DNA of 64,000 nt from Nitrospirota bacterium (GCA_963733375.1 CAVTDB010000002.1:1-64000), one strand, 5' to 3'; counted from the first letter of the stretch, positions 20,673 to 33,085 are shown. The notes: a model not told the origin generated them from the sequence alone. A program made the numbers and translations.

Positions 20673-23600
20673 TTACCTCTTATACTGTTGGTGGCATTTG
20701 ACGCAGAGATCCGAAATGGTCGCGTACGGTATAAGGTGCTTGTACTCGGTCCCGTGCGCCCTGTGGCAGCTCAGGCACACCATAATCAGGTTCGGGTTCC
20801 TCTTGTCCTTGAATTTAGGCCCTATCGGATGGGATGCGTGCTGCTCCCAGTCATGGCATTTGCCGCACAGGGGTATAACCGACGTCATATTAAACATCAG
20901 CGGCCTGTCGGAGGCGTGCGCGTCGTGGCATGCCGTGCAGAACCCGTCGGCTATGGGCTCGTGCTTGGTCGGTGAGTGTTCCTGTCTGGCTATGGTATCC
21001 GCGTGGCATTTGCCGCAAAGCGTAATCATGTCAGACTTAAGAAGGCTCCGCTCGGTCGATGCGTGAGGGTTGTGACAGTCCAGGCAGCCCCTTTTATCGA
21101 GGACCGGCCAGTGCACCCTGCTCTTGCTTAGGATGTCGTTTACCTTATGTGGCATGGCAGCCGCGGCACAGCTCATATCCCGGCTTTTTTAACTTCAGCG
21201 GCTCTGGCGCGCCAGGCCCTTCGTGACACTGGGTGCACATCTTTTCCGCGACCGGCTTGTGGACGTTGTTGTAGAGTATCCCCTTCCTGTCGGAGCCGTG
21301 CGGGTTGTGGCACATGACGCAGTTTGCGTTCGCCACCGGGAAGTTCATGTGCTGCTGGACGAAGAAGGGCTTCTCCGGCGATGGCAGGTTTTGCAAAGCC
21401 CCGGGACTTCCTGCTTCAGCAGGAAGTCGGACGTCTGCGACTCGTGCGGGTTGTGGCAGTTCAGGCAGTTCTTCTCGACCGGGTTATGCTTGAACTTGGC
21501 ATTGCCCACGGAGTTGGCCATGTCCTTGTGGCAGCCGAAGCAGAGTTCGTTGCCCGCCTTCAGCAGGTTGAACTTGTTGTCCGAAGAATGCGGGTCGTGA
21601 CACTTTACGCAGGAACCCTCCAGCACGGGCTTATGTACGCTTTTCGCCTTGCCGGAGAGTATGTCCTTATGGCAGGTAAGGCATACCTTGGAGACGTCCG
21701 CCTTTAGGAGCTTGTCGTTGGCGGAAGTGTGCGGGTTGTGGCAGCCAACGCATTCCCCGATCTTTACAGGGGTATGGACGAACGGCTTCTTTAATTTGTC
21801 TTCAAAGTCGCTATGGCAGCCAAGGCAGACCGGCCCTCTCCCGCCCGGCTTCAGTTTAAACTTGGCATCCGTCTTTTTCTCCGTCTCGTGGCACTCGCCG
21901 CAGTCGCGCGACTCGAACGGCGGGTGCAGCTTCTCCTTGAATAGCTTCGGGTCCTTCGAGGAATGCGGCGTGTGGCAGCTCACGCAATTTATTTCGGCCG
22001 GGTTTATCCCCAGGTGGGCCTTCTTGAAATCGTCGGCCGTGAAGTCATGGCACTGGCTGCAGAGGCCCGGCACTGCCTGAATCTCAAGGTGCGGCTCCGA
22101 TGAGAAATGCGGCTTATGGCAGTTGAAACAGTCGTTCCGCGGCCGGCGAGTGCGCATTCTCCGAGGCCATCTTATCTTTCATGGGCTTGTGGCAGGTAAG
22201 GCAGAGGTCGGGCGACTCGCGCGAGCAGGAGGTTCTTCAGCTTGGATTTGTGCGGGCTGTGGCACTTGGTGCATTCCCCGGCTAGTACCGGCGGGTGCGC
22301 GCTTTTGGCCGCTTTCGCCCCATCTACGAGCGCCTTGTGGCAGGTGCCGCAAAGGGTCTGCTGGTCAGCTACGACCATCGCGGGCTTGTTGCTGCCGTGC
22401 GGGTCGTGGCAGGTCAGGCACATCCCCTGGGTGAACGGCTTATGCTCGATGCCTCCTTCGACCGGCTTCATCAGCTCCGCTGTGGCAGGTCGAGCAGAGC
22501 TTGGGCACCGGCTGCTTCAGAAGCTTGTCATTGTCGGAAGAATGCGGGTTATGGCAGGCAGTGCACATCCCCTTTTGCACCGGGTCGTGCGTGCTTGTTT
22601 TAATGAACCGTGCCTCCTCATCCGTATGGCATGAGTAGCAGACGGTTTCCGTCCGGTCATTAAGCATCCCTGGGAAATTTGAGCCGTGGGGGTTATGGCA
22701 CGAAGCGCACATCCCGCCCGCGAACGGAGGATGCACGTCTTTCGCGGACATCGCCTTTTCCTTGTCCTTGTGGCAGGTAAGGCAGAGGGATTCGGCGGGC
22801 GCCTTCAGCAGCTTCTCGTTCTTCGAGGCGTGGGGCATGTGGCAGGACAGACAGCCTTCTCCGCTCGTCACCGCGCCATGCGGCGCAGCTACCTTGACGT
22901 CCTTGTCCTTATGGCAGCCGACGCAGAGCTTGTTCCCGGGCCTTAAAAGGAGCTTCGGGTTATCCGAAGTATGCGGGTCATGGCATGACAGGCATTCGCC
23001 TTTTTTAAAGGGCGGGTGCTCGACTTCTCCGGCCTTGAGCGTGGAGATGTCATGGCATTGGAGGCAAAGCTCCGGGACCTTCTGGGTCACGCCGAACGGG
23101 TCCTTCGAGTCCGGCCGGGTTGTGGCAGCTGTTGCAGCCGCCCTCGGCTACCGGGTTGTGCAGGGTCGATTTAACCAGCTTCGGCAGGTCCGAAGAATGC
23201 GGGTCGTGGCAAGACGTGCAGGCTTTGGATTCCATGGGATATCCGCCGTGCGCCTTCTTGAAGGGCGTCGTCTGTGCTCTTATGACATCCAAGGCATAAC
23301 TTCGGGTCCGCCGCCGTCAACAGGTTCTTGAAGTCCGAACTGTGGGCCATGTGGCAGGCGCGGCAGCCCCCGGTCGTGAGGACCTTATGGACGAATTTCC
23401 TCTCGAAGCTCTCCCTCTTATGGCATTGATAGCAAGCTTCGTTCCCCTCCGCTTGCAGCAGATTCGGCGAATTTGACGCATGGGGGTTATGACACTGGGT
23501 GCACAGGCCGGTTTTTAAAGCGCCATGAACATTTGGCTTGTTAAGCCCGATTTTTTCCTTCGTATGGCATTTCAGGCAAAGGTCGTTTCCGTTTATCTTA

Positions 23601-23846
23601 AGAATGAGCGCTGGTATAATGCCGTGACGTAAATGGCAGTCCTCGCATTTTTTGTCCTTGACAGGCTGATGCACGTTTTTCATGGACATGTACTTGTCGC
23701 TTGAACTTCGTGTGGCAGTCAAGGCATTCCTTCTTGGCAAACGTCCTTGCGGCCGTTGACGGCGTTATCATCAGGGCGACAAGCGATAAGGAAAGCGCCA
23801 CGCCTAAGGCCGCAAATATAAAAGGCTTGTTCTTTACATGTAACAT
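20673..23846 (-). CDS. Very large multiheme cytochrome c, 42 CxxCH motifs counted across assembly frameshifts (~1050 aa)
   Basis: One N-terminal signal peptide; repeating H.P....CxxCH.PH.S....LL.......CxxCH units; motifs per fragment 1+6+2+9+4+11+3+6. Confidence 0.8.
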
Positions 23847-23869
23847 GTTTACTGCCCCTCCTTATTATC

Positions 23870-23939
23870 CGGTTTTGGCGGTGCTTAATCCCGTTATATA
23901 GAATTATTCGGTTTTGGCGGTGCTTAATCCCGTTATATA
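23870..23939. repeat. 31-bp direct repeat (period 39) duplicating the 3' end of the foldase gene
   Basis: CGGTTTTGGCGGTGCTTAATCCCGTTATATA at 23870-23900 and 23909-23939. Confidence 0.9.
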
Positions 23940-25784
23940 AACCCTTACTTTGTGCGCCTTGCGGAGCTTCTCGGCCCATTCCTGGACCGATTTGTTCAGT
24001 TTCCCGTCGTAAACCTTCCTCGCAGTAGTATCCCTGGCTTCTTTATAATCCTGCTTCTTCGTCGGGATATCCTGGCGTACATTGATGACATAAGAAAACT
24101 TGCCGTCCGAATAAAGCCGGTAGTCCCCAGTCTTTGCACCGGTCAATACTTTTCTCAGCCCTTCGTCCAGCCCGGTTACCGTAAAGACATTCCCGTTAAA
24201 TGAAAGGGCGCCCTGCTCGTTATCCTTTATCTGGCCTGACGCATTTGATTTCATCCAGCCAAAATCATCTCCCTGCTGAAGCTTCTTCAAAGTATCCGCG
24301 GCGTCCTTCACATTATAAAATCCCAGGCTGTATAAGTGTCATCATCTTCGGGATCGGTATAGTCAGAGATATGGTCTTCATAGTATTTCTTGTTTTCTTC
24401 CTCGGTAATCTTTATATCAGGAGCAACTGCTTTCTCGACAAAAAGCCCGAAAAGACCGACTTTTCATAGTCTGCAATCGATTTTTTATACTCGTCTGTTT
24501 TGTCTATACCCTGGCGTTTTGCCTCTTCCAGGAACAAGTTGCGATACGAGTATTTCTTCAAGGACGGCATTCTTTACCGGGTTCACCTTCTTTTCTTTGA
24601 TGGCCCGATCTATGCCATGAAAGAATTTCGCCGTTTAATGCCTCGGTGTATTGGCCGACAGTGATAGACTTTTCCACCTTTTATTTTAACAAGAATTCGC
24701 TTATCATGAAGAAGCTTTGAAAATTTGGCCGACGCTTGATTCGAAATGTCAAACTATTAAAAAGCTTTCTATTAAAAACGGTATATTTTTTCAGTAAACC
24801 CCTGTAATATTCCTGTAAAATGATTGCTCTTTTTTATCTCATAAGCCCTCGCTTCAGCCTCCTTTCTGGCGCTTGCGTCTTCGGGATAGCGGATTCCTTC
24901 CACCTTCATTACCGTATATCCCTCCGGGACCTTGATAACAGGAGTGACTTCTCCGGTCTTCAGCTTTTCCAACTCGGCCTCCACTTGAGGAAGGAGCTTT
25001 ACCGCCTTGACATATTGGTCCTCGGCAGAACCTTTGGCGGTCTTATCCGTAAGCGCCTTTCTTAGCGAGGTCATCGAAATTTTTGACCCCCTTTAAGTTC
25101 GGCGGCCATTTTTTTCGCGTCTTCCTCTTTATCAAACATAACCGACTTTATCTTCCATTCCTTGACGGCCTGCTTTATAAAATTTCTCTACAACATCATT
25201 ATCAGGGACAATATTTTCGGTCTGCCTCTCCTTGAGCATACTCACGCAGAGTGCGGTCCGTCATTTTTCTTGAGCGTCGTCCTGGACGTCCGGCAGTTTG
25301 TCGAGGCCCATATCTTTTGCTTCCATATTAATCAGCGTCATGTTTATAAGCCTGTCGAGAATAGTCTTATAATCCATCTTCGAGGCAGAATTGTCCTTGG
25401 AGGCAGTATTGTCACCCTCCTCTTTGCTTTCGTGCATGGCGGAGAGCGATTCATTAAGTTCCTGGAGTGATATTATTTCATCGTCCACCGAGGCTATGGG
25501 CACGTCCTTGAAAATGGGAGAAAAGAGGGGCGCGTTCAGGAGGACAGACGTCTCTTCTGTGGGCTTAGATTCTGCGGGCTTGATCTCAGTCTTGGCAGCC
25601 GCGGGCTTGGTCTCGGGCTTGGTCTCGGGCTTGGTCTCAGCCTTGGCAGCCTCGGGCTTGGCTGCCGTCGTCTTGGCGGGCGCGGGCTTTTCGGCCTGCT
25701 GTTTCTGCGCAGTTCCGCCGCGGCGGCGGTTACGATGTTGAACGAGAGAAATGTGGAAAATACCAATGTCAAGATCCGGTTCAT
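23904..25784 (-). CDS. SurA/PrsA-like periplasmic foldase (PPIase-type); heavily frameshifted
   Basis: Signal peptide, PETK-rich linker, PIASVDDEIISLQEL, ILDRLINMTLINMEA..MGLD, LK.GEVTPVIK...GY.V.KV, W.EKLRKA.KV. Confidence 0.7.
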
Positions 25785-25796
25785 CTTACTTCTCCT

Positions 25797-27045
25797 TATG
25801 CGGTGATAATGGGGACATTAGCCGACAAATTTATTAATCTATTTTTCTTTCATTTACCTGATAATATTTCCAACCATCTCGGAAGACATTTTCTCCGCCG
25901 TGTATACCTTTCCTGCATCAAAGAAGAATACGCCCTGGTCTCCCTTCGTTCCGGCTTTTCGAGGACCAGACCTGACGCATGTTTTTTCGTTCGATTACCT
26001 GTACGGTGAAATCCACTGTAGGCGTACCCGCGGGTCCCTGATAATCTTGATAGTCGAAAACCCTGCCCATAAAAATCAGGTCCGCGTCAAGGGTGATCAT
26101 TACTACCTCGGCATCGGACATCGTCAGCCCATCATTCATCACAACCCTTTGCCTCAGCATTTGGTCCCGGACGACCCCGGGCTCGACCACATCCATGCCC
26201 GGGATCTCGTACAGGTGCTCGATGAACTGGAGCATTATTATTTCTTCGGCGTTCTGTCTTCCGCTCCTGTTAAAGAAAGGGGCGACCGCGACCTTGTATC
26301 GCTGGTCCATGTCAAACTCGGGGGATTTATAATAATATTTCGGCCTGAACTTCCTCCTGCCGCCGTCCTTCGCCGGCGCAGCCCCGGCCATGCTTGCCGC
26401 CAGGGAGTCCGAAAGCCGCTCCAGGGACTTGTCCATCAGCTTCCCTGCGTCTGCATATGAATCCAAGGTCTAAAAGTCCGCGGCTGGTCGTCTCCCGACC
26501 TCCCGCAATCGTCCATCCATTTTATTGTCGGCTCCGGGCCGGTCATCACCAGCCTGGACACAATTGCTATTTTTGGCGGGACCGGGGTGCTGTAAAGTTC
26601 AAGGGATGTTATCAAAACGCCCTGCACCCCTATCTCTTCTGTCGAAAAGGGATGAGATATTCTTGTCAATCCCCCCGGTGAACCTGACCCTGTGCTTCGC
26701 CATGAAGCCGTCGAGGACATCGTCGCCCAGCACGGCAATACCGCGCGCTTTCAGCTTCTCAATATACTCCCGCCGTATTTCCTTCAAGCGGCGCGAGGTG
26801 CCGCTCAGGTTCTCGATCGGCAGAACCGCAACCAGCGCGTTTTTTAATCCGGCATCGGCCGGCCTTACGGCATGGGTTCGTATATATTCCTCTGACGCAC
26901 CCGCGGCCCTCAGCATCCCCTCATTTAGCGGCGTAGGGATAATCGCCTTCTCCTCCGTCGTTCCGGGGGCAGGCGCAGAGGCCTGCTTCGGGTTGCCGCG
27001 CAACCTGAAAGAGCCAGAAAGACAATAGCGGACAGGGCGGCTATT
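25797..27045 (-). CDS. Envelope protein with two CsgG/DUF799-like domains; frameshifted, both ends approximate
   Basis: VAVLPIENLSG and KVAVAPFFNRSGRQNA, L.AD.IF.G.V.DY, VWSSKS patterns. Confidence 0.6.
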
Positions 27046-27608
27046 TTATTTAAATAACTGGTTGAGCAGGTCATTTACCGCCTTCTCCGTCACAACGTCC
27101 ATCGGCTCCCCGCCGCCTCCAAAAAGGCGGTCCGATGAATGTTATGCCGCCTTTCGTGGATGCGCCCTTCCAGACAACTTTTCCGGTCTGCGTCTCCGTC
27201 ATCTCCACGCTGACCGAGATTACGTTGGCAGTGGAGCTGGAGGAGCGGACCTCGCCGTATTCCCTGACGACTCCCGAAATAATGGCGTTGACTTTCAGCG
27301 CTCCTGCGAGCTTGACGATTTCATCGGAGGAGGGAGCGGTTGGATTGGCCATGCCCGCCCGGATGATCCCCTTCGAAACCTCGCCGGACTGGCAAAACAT
27401 ACATATCGCCCGTGTAGCCAGAAGCATTGAGGAGAAAACGTCGCGCACGCGGTCGGCAGCCTGGTTGTCATGGGTCAAGTTCGCAAACGGCATGACCGCG
27501 ACTGTCTTTATGGAAGCAAAGTCCATGTTGGAATCGTGGAACGTTTCCGCCCCGTGAGCGCAGGACGTTAAAAGGAAAAGAAGAGATAACACAATAAAAT
27601 TTTTTCAT
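27046..27608 (-). CDS. DUF799/CsgG-like lipoprotein; frameshifted
   Basis: Lipobox LTSC; IKTVAVMPFANLT, VNAIISGVVREYG, ETQTGKVVW. Confidence 0.72.
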
Positions 27609-27636
27609 TCCCATAGAGGGTCTCCAGACATCAAAC

Positions 27637-29969
27637 TTAGGTTCCTGAGTTAAAGTGCAATTTAAGGCTTGCGCTCAATATTTTCGAATCATTTGTTTGA
27701 ACCGCTATATTCGAATTGTTGGATCGAGTAAACCAGATCCAGATATGCCCCGGGCCTGATATTCCATCTGAGGCTCGGAGAATATCAGCCTGCTTTTTTC
27801 ACCATTCGCCGGCCCGAGGGTCTCATTGTATGACGAAATGAAACTGGAGTGTCCCGCCCGGGAACGGCGAGAAGTTGACGCCGTAATTTGACGTGGTTTG
27901 GAGGATGTTATTGGACTCGCTCAACTGTATCGAGGCGAACAGATAAAGCGCTGTTACCGGCGTATATGTAGCGCTTGCGAGTCGCCGAAATAGTTGGTGG
28001 TCGAAAAGGCCGGCTTGCCCTCCGCCCGACAGAGGATGAGCTTGTGATATTATAGATCAGGTTTACGTTCAATTCCGGGTTAGGAACAAGGGTAAGGCCG
28101 GCATTGCCTTGCAGTGTATCGGTGTTCTGGCCGGTCTCAGCGCGGCGAATGTTACCCCTCCGTTCAAAGAGGCTGTCGATGCCGGGATAAAGCGTCGCCG
28201 TATTGTAAAGGAAGATTGAGTTCTGGAGTGTCTGGCCTGGTGCCCGTCCGGGAATTCGGTATTGTAATGTCCGCTGTATAATAAAGAGTCGTTCAGGGTG
28301 GCGAACGGTGTGGCGCTTAAGGCGCGCTGAGTATTGATAGTCTACCGCGTGCCCGGCCGTCAAGGTAGTTATCCTCCCTTGCCGCCCTCGCGTTAAATGT
28401 GAAAATGCCGCCGAATTTTTGGCTGAATGAGAGACCGTTTGAACAGGAACGAGGTAGTTAGCGCGTCCAGGGTCGAATTTACTGACAGAAACAGCGACAC
28501 GTCATAGAAAAGGTTCCGGCTTTCGAGTATTTTGACCCTGCCGTTAAGGTTAAGATGCTGGGTAATGGCCGAGATTGCGAAGGCTTTGGCTCTTGGACTT
28601 CGACGTGAAGTTCTGCTGATAAACGCTTGTAGTTCTGTCACGGCAATGTCATTGAAGTTGGCGGGGTGTCAGCCCGCGTACAATGATAGTGGTCTGGTCG
28701 ATGTTGTCAAGCGGTTTTACCACCACCTTGACAAACCTTGACGTTATCGCGGACGGGGAAATTGATAATGAAATGTGGGGTGCGGCAGAGTTGAGAAATC
28801 GGCTGGAGCCACGGTGACCGTAAACCTTTTGGTCCAGGTAATATTATCATTGCTTGTATAAATGTCCCATTTAAATAAGTCGGATATCTTGGTCAGGTCC
28901 TTATCCACCCAGACACTAAGAGAGTTTAACTGCGTAGGCGTAACGAAGTCGATGCCGATGTTCCACTCTTGCCGCGGCGGCGGCGGGATGGTTGCCAGCC
29001 CGGAACTTGAGGCCCAGATTTATTCCCGCCGAGGCGGTCATCGTTGCCGTCTATAAGCGGCGGGTTTTCATTCAGCGTTATCATCGCGGGCGTTTGATTC
29101 GGGTTGGTCAGATCGCTTATGCCGGAGAGCCCATGGACTGGAAAAAGCTGGATTTGCACGGCGTTTATCCCGCCTCCCGCGCTATCGTTTCAGAGGTTTG
29201 GCTCGAAATATTATAGGTCCGCGCCGACCATTGACCCTTTTATTGAAAAAGATATCGCCGTAGCTGATTCTCGGCCGCTATGCTGCAAAGAAGTGTTGAT
29301 CACGATTTCCTGAGTTTATCAAGTGAGTCTATGTAATTCAGATCATACATGAGGCTGAACCTGTTTTAAGGGATTGAATCTAATACCCAGCGACAGGCTC
29401 GTCAGTCGCAATATCTGTAACAAGCTGAGTGCTGTCATAAATAAAATCTTTCGAATAATTAAGGTCAAATGAGAGGAAGGCTCCGGATCGGGCTTCCAGA
29501 CGAAAGGTTCCACTATACCTCTCATCAGTCTTAGCTTAAGGTGATCCGATCGTCTTCTAGCATCGTCCTCTTATAATAGCCTACAGCGGAGTAAAACGGC
29601 CTGGCGTTAAACCTGATGTCTGAAAAAATGTACAAATTGATTCTCCGCCGAATGCACGGGTCGGTATCGTCTTTTAAGGGTGGAATTGGTTCCTTCTGAA
29701 CAGACCGCCGGCGTTGAATACAAGGTTGGGGAAAATATTTTTATCCATATAAAGGTTGTAGAGTTGGTCGAAATTTCTGATGTTCGTCTTGGTTTCTGTC
29801 CCGATTAGGTCGGTCGTAGTCAGGCTGCCAACGTTATAATCCTCGGATGGTGAACAACCCAGGCTGTCGGCCAAAACCGTATCGGGGACAAGGACCGCCA
29901 ACCATAAAAAAAAATGCGGCTAGATATTATATATCCTAGACTGACGGACTGTCTAAGACGCAATTTCAA
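27637..29969 (-). CDS. Large outer-membrane beta-barrel-like protein; heavily frameshifted
   Basis: Coding-like interval with amphipathic beta-strand fragments (FDQLYNLYMDK, LQGNAGLTLVPNPELNVNLIY, ILSASLKLHF); TTG start overlaps upstream stop. Confidence 0.55.
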
Positions 29970-31387
29970 AAACGTTCTCCCATCATGGTGATGAAGTATG
30001 GGGATTCAAGCACGTCAAACTCCGGGAGCGGCTGCTTGCCCGTTATCCGTGCGGTCTGGACGGCTTTTTCGTCCGGCAAAAGAAGGAACAGGTTGTTGTT
30101 CTCGTCGTCGATCGCCATAAAGGAAGCGTTGCTGGCGGTCTGCATGTAGTCCAGCGGTATCAGCAGGACCGGGTCCAGGATGAATAATCCTGCTCTCGTT
30201 CTTCTTGGCTACATAAATGAGGCCCGTGTTCCGGTCCACCTTTATGCCGGACAGCCCAAGGCCCACGAAAATCCTGTTGGTGACTGAAAGAGAGGCGACG
30301 TCTAAAACCGTGAGATACGGGGACGCGGACTCGTATGACATAGAGCTTGTCGCCGGCCGGGTTGAACTGTCCCCTGATGGGGCTTGAGTCGGTCGCTATG
30401 GTTGCGGCCACGGCGCTGTTGGCGACGTCTATCACGGAAATGGTGTTGGATATGCTGTTAAAAACGTAGGCGCGCCTGCCGGCGCTGTCCATGATGATGG
30501 AGACAGGCCCCTGGCCGACCGGTATGCGGCTCTGCTCAATCATGGAGGACGTATCGATTACGCTCACGGTGTTGGAGCCTTTGTCCGTCGCAAGGAGCAG
30601 CCTTTTGTCAGGGGTCAGGGCAAGCTCCTGCGGCGAGTCCCCGTTGTTCAGCTTGACCTTGTTTATTATCCTGCCTGCCCTTACGTCGATGATTTCCACC
30701 TCGTCGTCGCCCGATGCCGCAACGTACAGGCGCTCGCCTACCTGGTCGATGGCGAGCCCGAGAGGGCCGCGGCCCGTGGCCAAAACGCCGACTACCTGTC
30801 TTGAAAGCTTGTTGAATATGGTGAGGTTGTCGGAGCCGTAATTCGATACGTAGCCGAGAAGGCTTTCAAGGGTCTTCTCAGGCAGCAGGAAAGTGAACCC
30901 CGGGGTGAAACTGAAACTTGGGCTTACCGATTTCCCGTAGTCGAACGCCGCGGTCAGAAGGGACGCTTCCTTCTTTGAAATAGTGAAGTGGCCATCGATG
31001 ATTTACAGGTTTTTCCGGGGTTAAAAGCGACGCCTCGCCGTCTTCCGTCTTTATGGACGCCTTATCGACCTTCATGAGGATGCCCACATAATCCCCGGGC
31101 GCCAGACGCCCGTATGCGAACAGCCTCTGTGATTTCAGGTCGGCACCCTTTATCTCCGTGAACGCGAGGTTAAGCGGGGTCTCGGTGCCGTCGTCCTTTA
31201 CGGCTTTAACCTCGGAAACGGTAAACTGGAGCTTGTCAGAGTCTTTCGGCATGGGCTGGAGGTAGATGTAGAGCTCCCCTTCGTCCGTAAGGGGCGGCCT
31301 CAGGAGCGACAGTTTCTGCTGGCATCCGGCGGACGCAAGCAAAAGGATTATCAAAAGGCCAATGAGTTTCCCGGATCTGAATTTCAA
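29966..31387 (-). CDS. Lipoprotein with YncE/YVTN-type beta-propeller; frameshifted
   Basis: Lipobox ASAGC; repeats YVSNYGSDNL, GPLGLAID, GSNTVSVID, GQGPVSI, SNTISVID. Confidence 0.8.
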
Positions 31388-31603
31388 GATCTATTATTGC
31401 CTTTTTCTGGTGCGAACTGGAAAAAAGCTTATTAAAATTAGTTAATTAACCCCGCGCCCCTGACGGTGTGATAGATAATACATCTAATTAAAGTTATCAA
31501 GTAAGAAAGATAATAATCATGAAAAAATGGGTGGCAATCGGCCCACCAGGCTCAGGCAGAAGACCGAGGCCTGCAATGTGAAATACTCATGTTTACTATA
31601 ACG

Positions 31604-31631
31604 ATTATAACAGTTATTACATAACTGTCAA
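31604..31631 (-). promoter_or_regulatory. Consensus sigma70 promoter with overlapping palindromic operator
   Basis: Minus strand TTGACA-16 nt-TATAAT; perfect ACAGTTAT-tac-ATAACTGT at 31610-31628. Confidence 0.7.
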
Positions 31632-31635
31632 ACTG

Positions 31636-31661
31636 AAAAAAAAGGCCTCCGAAGAGGCCCC
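31636..31661 (-). terminator. Intrinsic terminator after OmcS paralog 3
   Basis: Minus strand GGCCTC-TTCG-GAGGCC followed by T8. Confidence 0.85.
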
Positions 31662-31678
31662 TTGTTATGATAACTTAG

Positions 31679-33085
31679 TCAGTCTTTCGCGTGGCACTTG
31701 TTGCAGAGCATGCGCTGGGATAACCCGAAGAATGTGGAAGGCAGGCCTATTATAGGCGGCCTGGAGGTACCCGGAGGTGTCGTCATGCTCGGCAAGGTCC
31801 GAGCCGATCATAGCAATAACTGCCAGTCGCGTTGGTCGATGAACTCGTTTTGCACGTCGAACCTCGTCATGCTGTCGAAGCCGGTGGCGTGCGCCCTGTG
31901 GCAGGAAAGGCACATGACGCTGGTGGACGCGGACGCGACCAGGTTGGTGTCCTGGGCCCCAACCGCCTTGTTGTTGGAAGCGAAGGCGCCAATCGAGTTC
32001 CTGCTAGCCCCGTTATTCAACTCGATGGGGATAAGGCTGGTGTACTGCTTGGTGCCCGACATGTCGCCGCTCTTAACGTAGCTGTTGTAGTTGTCAGCTA
32101 TGGTGGAGGTGCCGCCGCCAGAACCAGCAACGTCGCCGCCAAGGCCGTCCATCGTCGCGCCCGCGCCTGCCGGATGCCTGTGCTTATCGGTGGCGCCGGA
32201 AGTCTTGCCAGAATTCAGCATGCCGGGGTGGCAGTTCGCGCACCATTCAGACATGCCGGAGCCGTAAGCGACCCTGACCTCTGCGGTGGCCTCGCCATCG
32301 GTGAAGTTGTACGTCTTCGGTGCGACCGCTATCGGAGAAGCAGCGCCGAACGGCGTCACGCCGGAACCGTTCATAGACTTCGGCTCGTAACCAACGCCGC
32401 CAAGAAGCCTGTAAACGCCAACCGTGGTTCCATCAGACGTGGCGTAAGGATAGGAGCCGGAGGCTACGATCGCGCCGATCGCGGCGCCCGGGGTGCTGGG
32501 GCCGGATATTGCGCCGGTCGTCGTGTCCTGCCTGTAACGTCCATGAGGATCATGGCAGCTGGAGCAGGCGAGCGAGCCTGAGGGGTAGTTTCCGCCCGGC
32601 GCTGTAGCCATGCTGGAAACGGTCAAGCCGAAATCCTTGGCAATAATGTGGTGACCATTGCTGATTATCTCGGTGTTTGCGGTGTTTGCGCTGCCAGCAA
32701 TAGCCTGCAGCCATCCGAAGTCGCCGCCCGGGGTGTAGTTGAGCGGGAGGCCGGTGCCTTTGGTAAGTTGGGTCGTCAACACGTGGTAGCTGCCATTCGC
32801 ATTGCTGCCATGGCAGTTCAGGCAGGTAGAGGACTGGTCGGAGCCCTTCAAGAGGAACTCGGTATTCGACTGGGTTGCGGTATCAGCGGGGCCGTTTAAA
32901 GTCGAGGCGCCAGACTGGTCGCTGCCAGCTACTGTATTATTTTCACCACCCAACGAGTTGTGCATCGAGTGGCAACCTTCGCAGACCGCGACGCCGCCGT
33001 CATGGAACGCGAACGCGCTGCCGGTAAGTCCCATCACCATCACGGCCGCTAGACCGGCCAGAAAACTAATCTTGAATAACTTCAT
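31679..33085 (-). CDS. omcS: OmcS-family hexaheme cytochrome c (paralog 3); frameshift near 31820
   Basis: FHDGGVAVCEGCHSMHNSLGG, CLNCH, TPGGDFGW, CSSCHDPHG, GMSEWCANCH, RHPAG, YNSYVKSGD, CLSCHRAHATGFDSMTRF, QRMLCNKCHAKD. Confidence 0.92.

Noticed and set aside
25600-25665. 12-bp tandem repeat (GGGCTTGGTCTC)x3
   Set aside because: Encodes the PETK low-complexity linker of the foldase; not an independent element.
20673-30000. Pseudogenisation or programmed frameshifting of the cytochrome locus
   Set aside because: Similar breaks occur in essential genes, motifs stay intact across frames and no consistent slippery sites were seen; sequencing error is more parsimonious.
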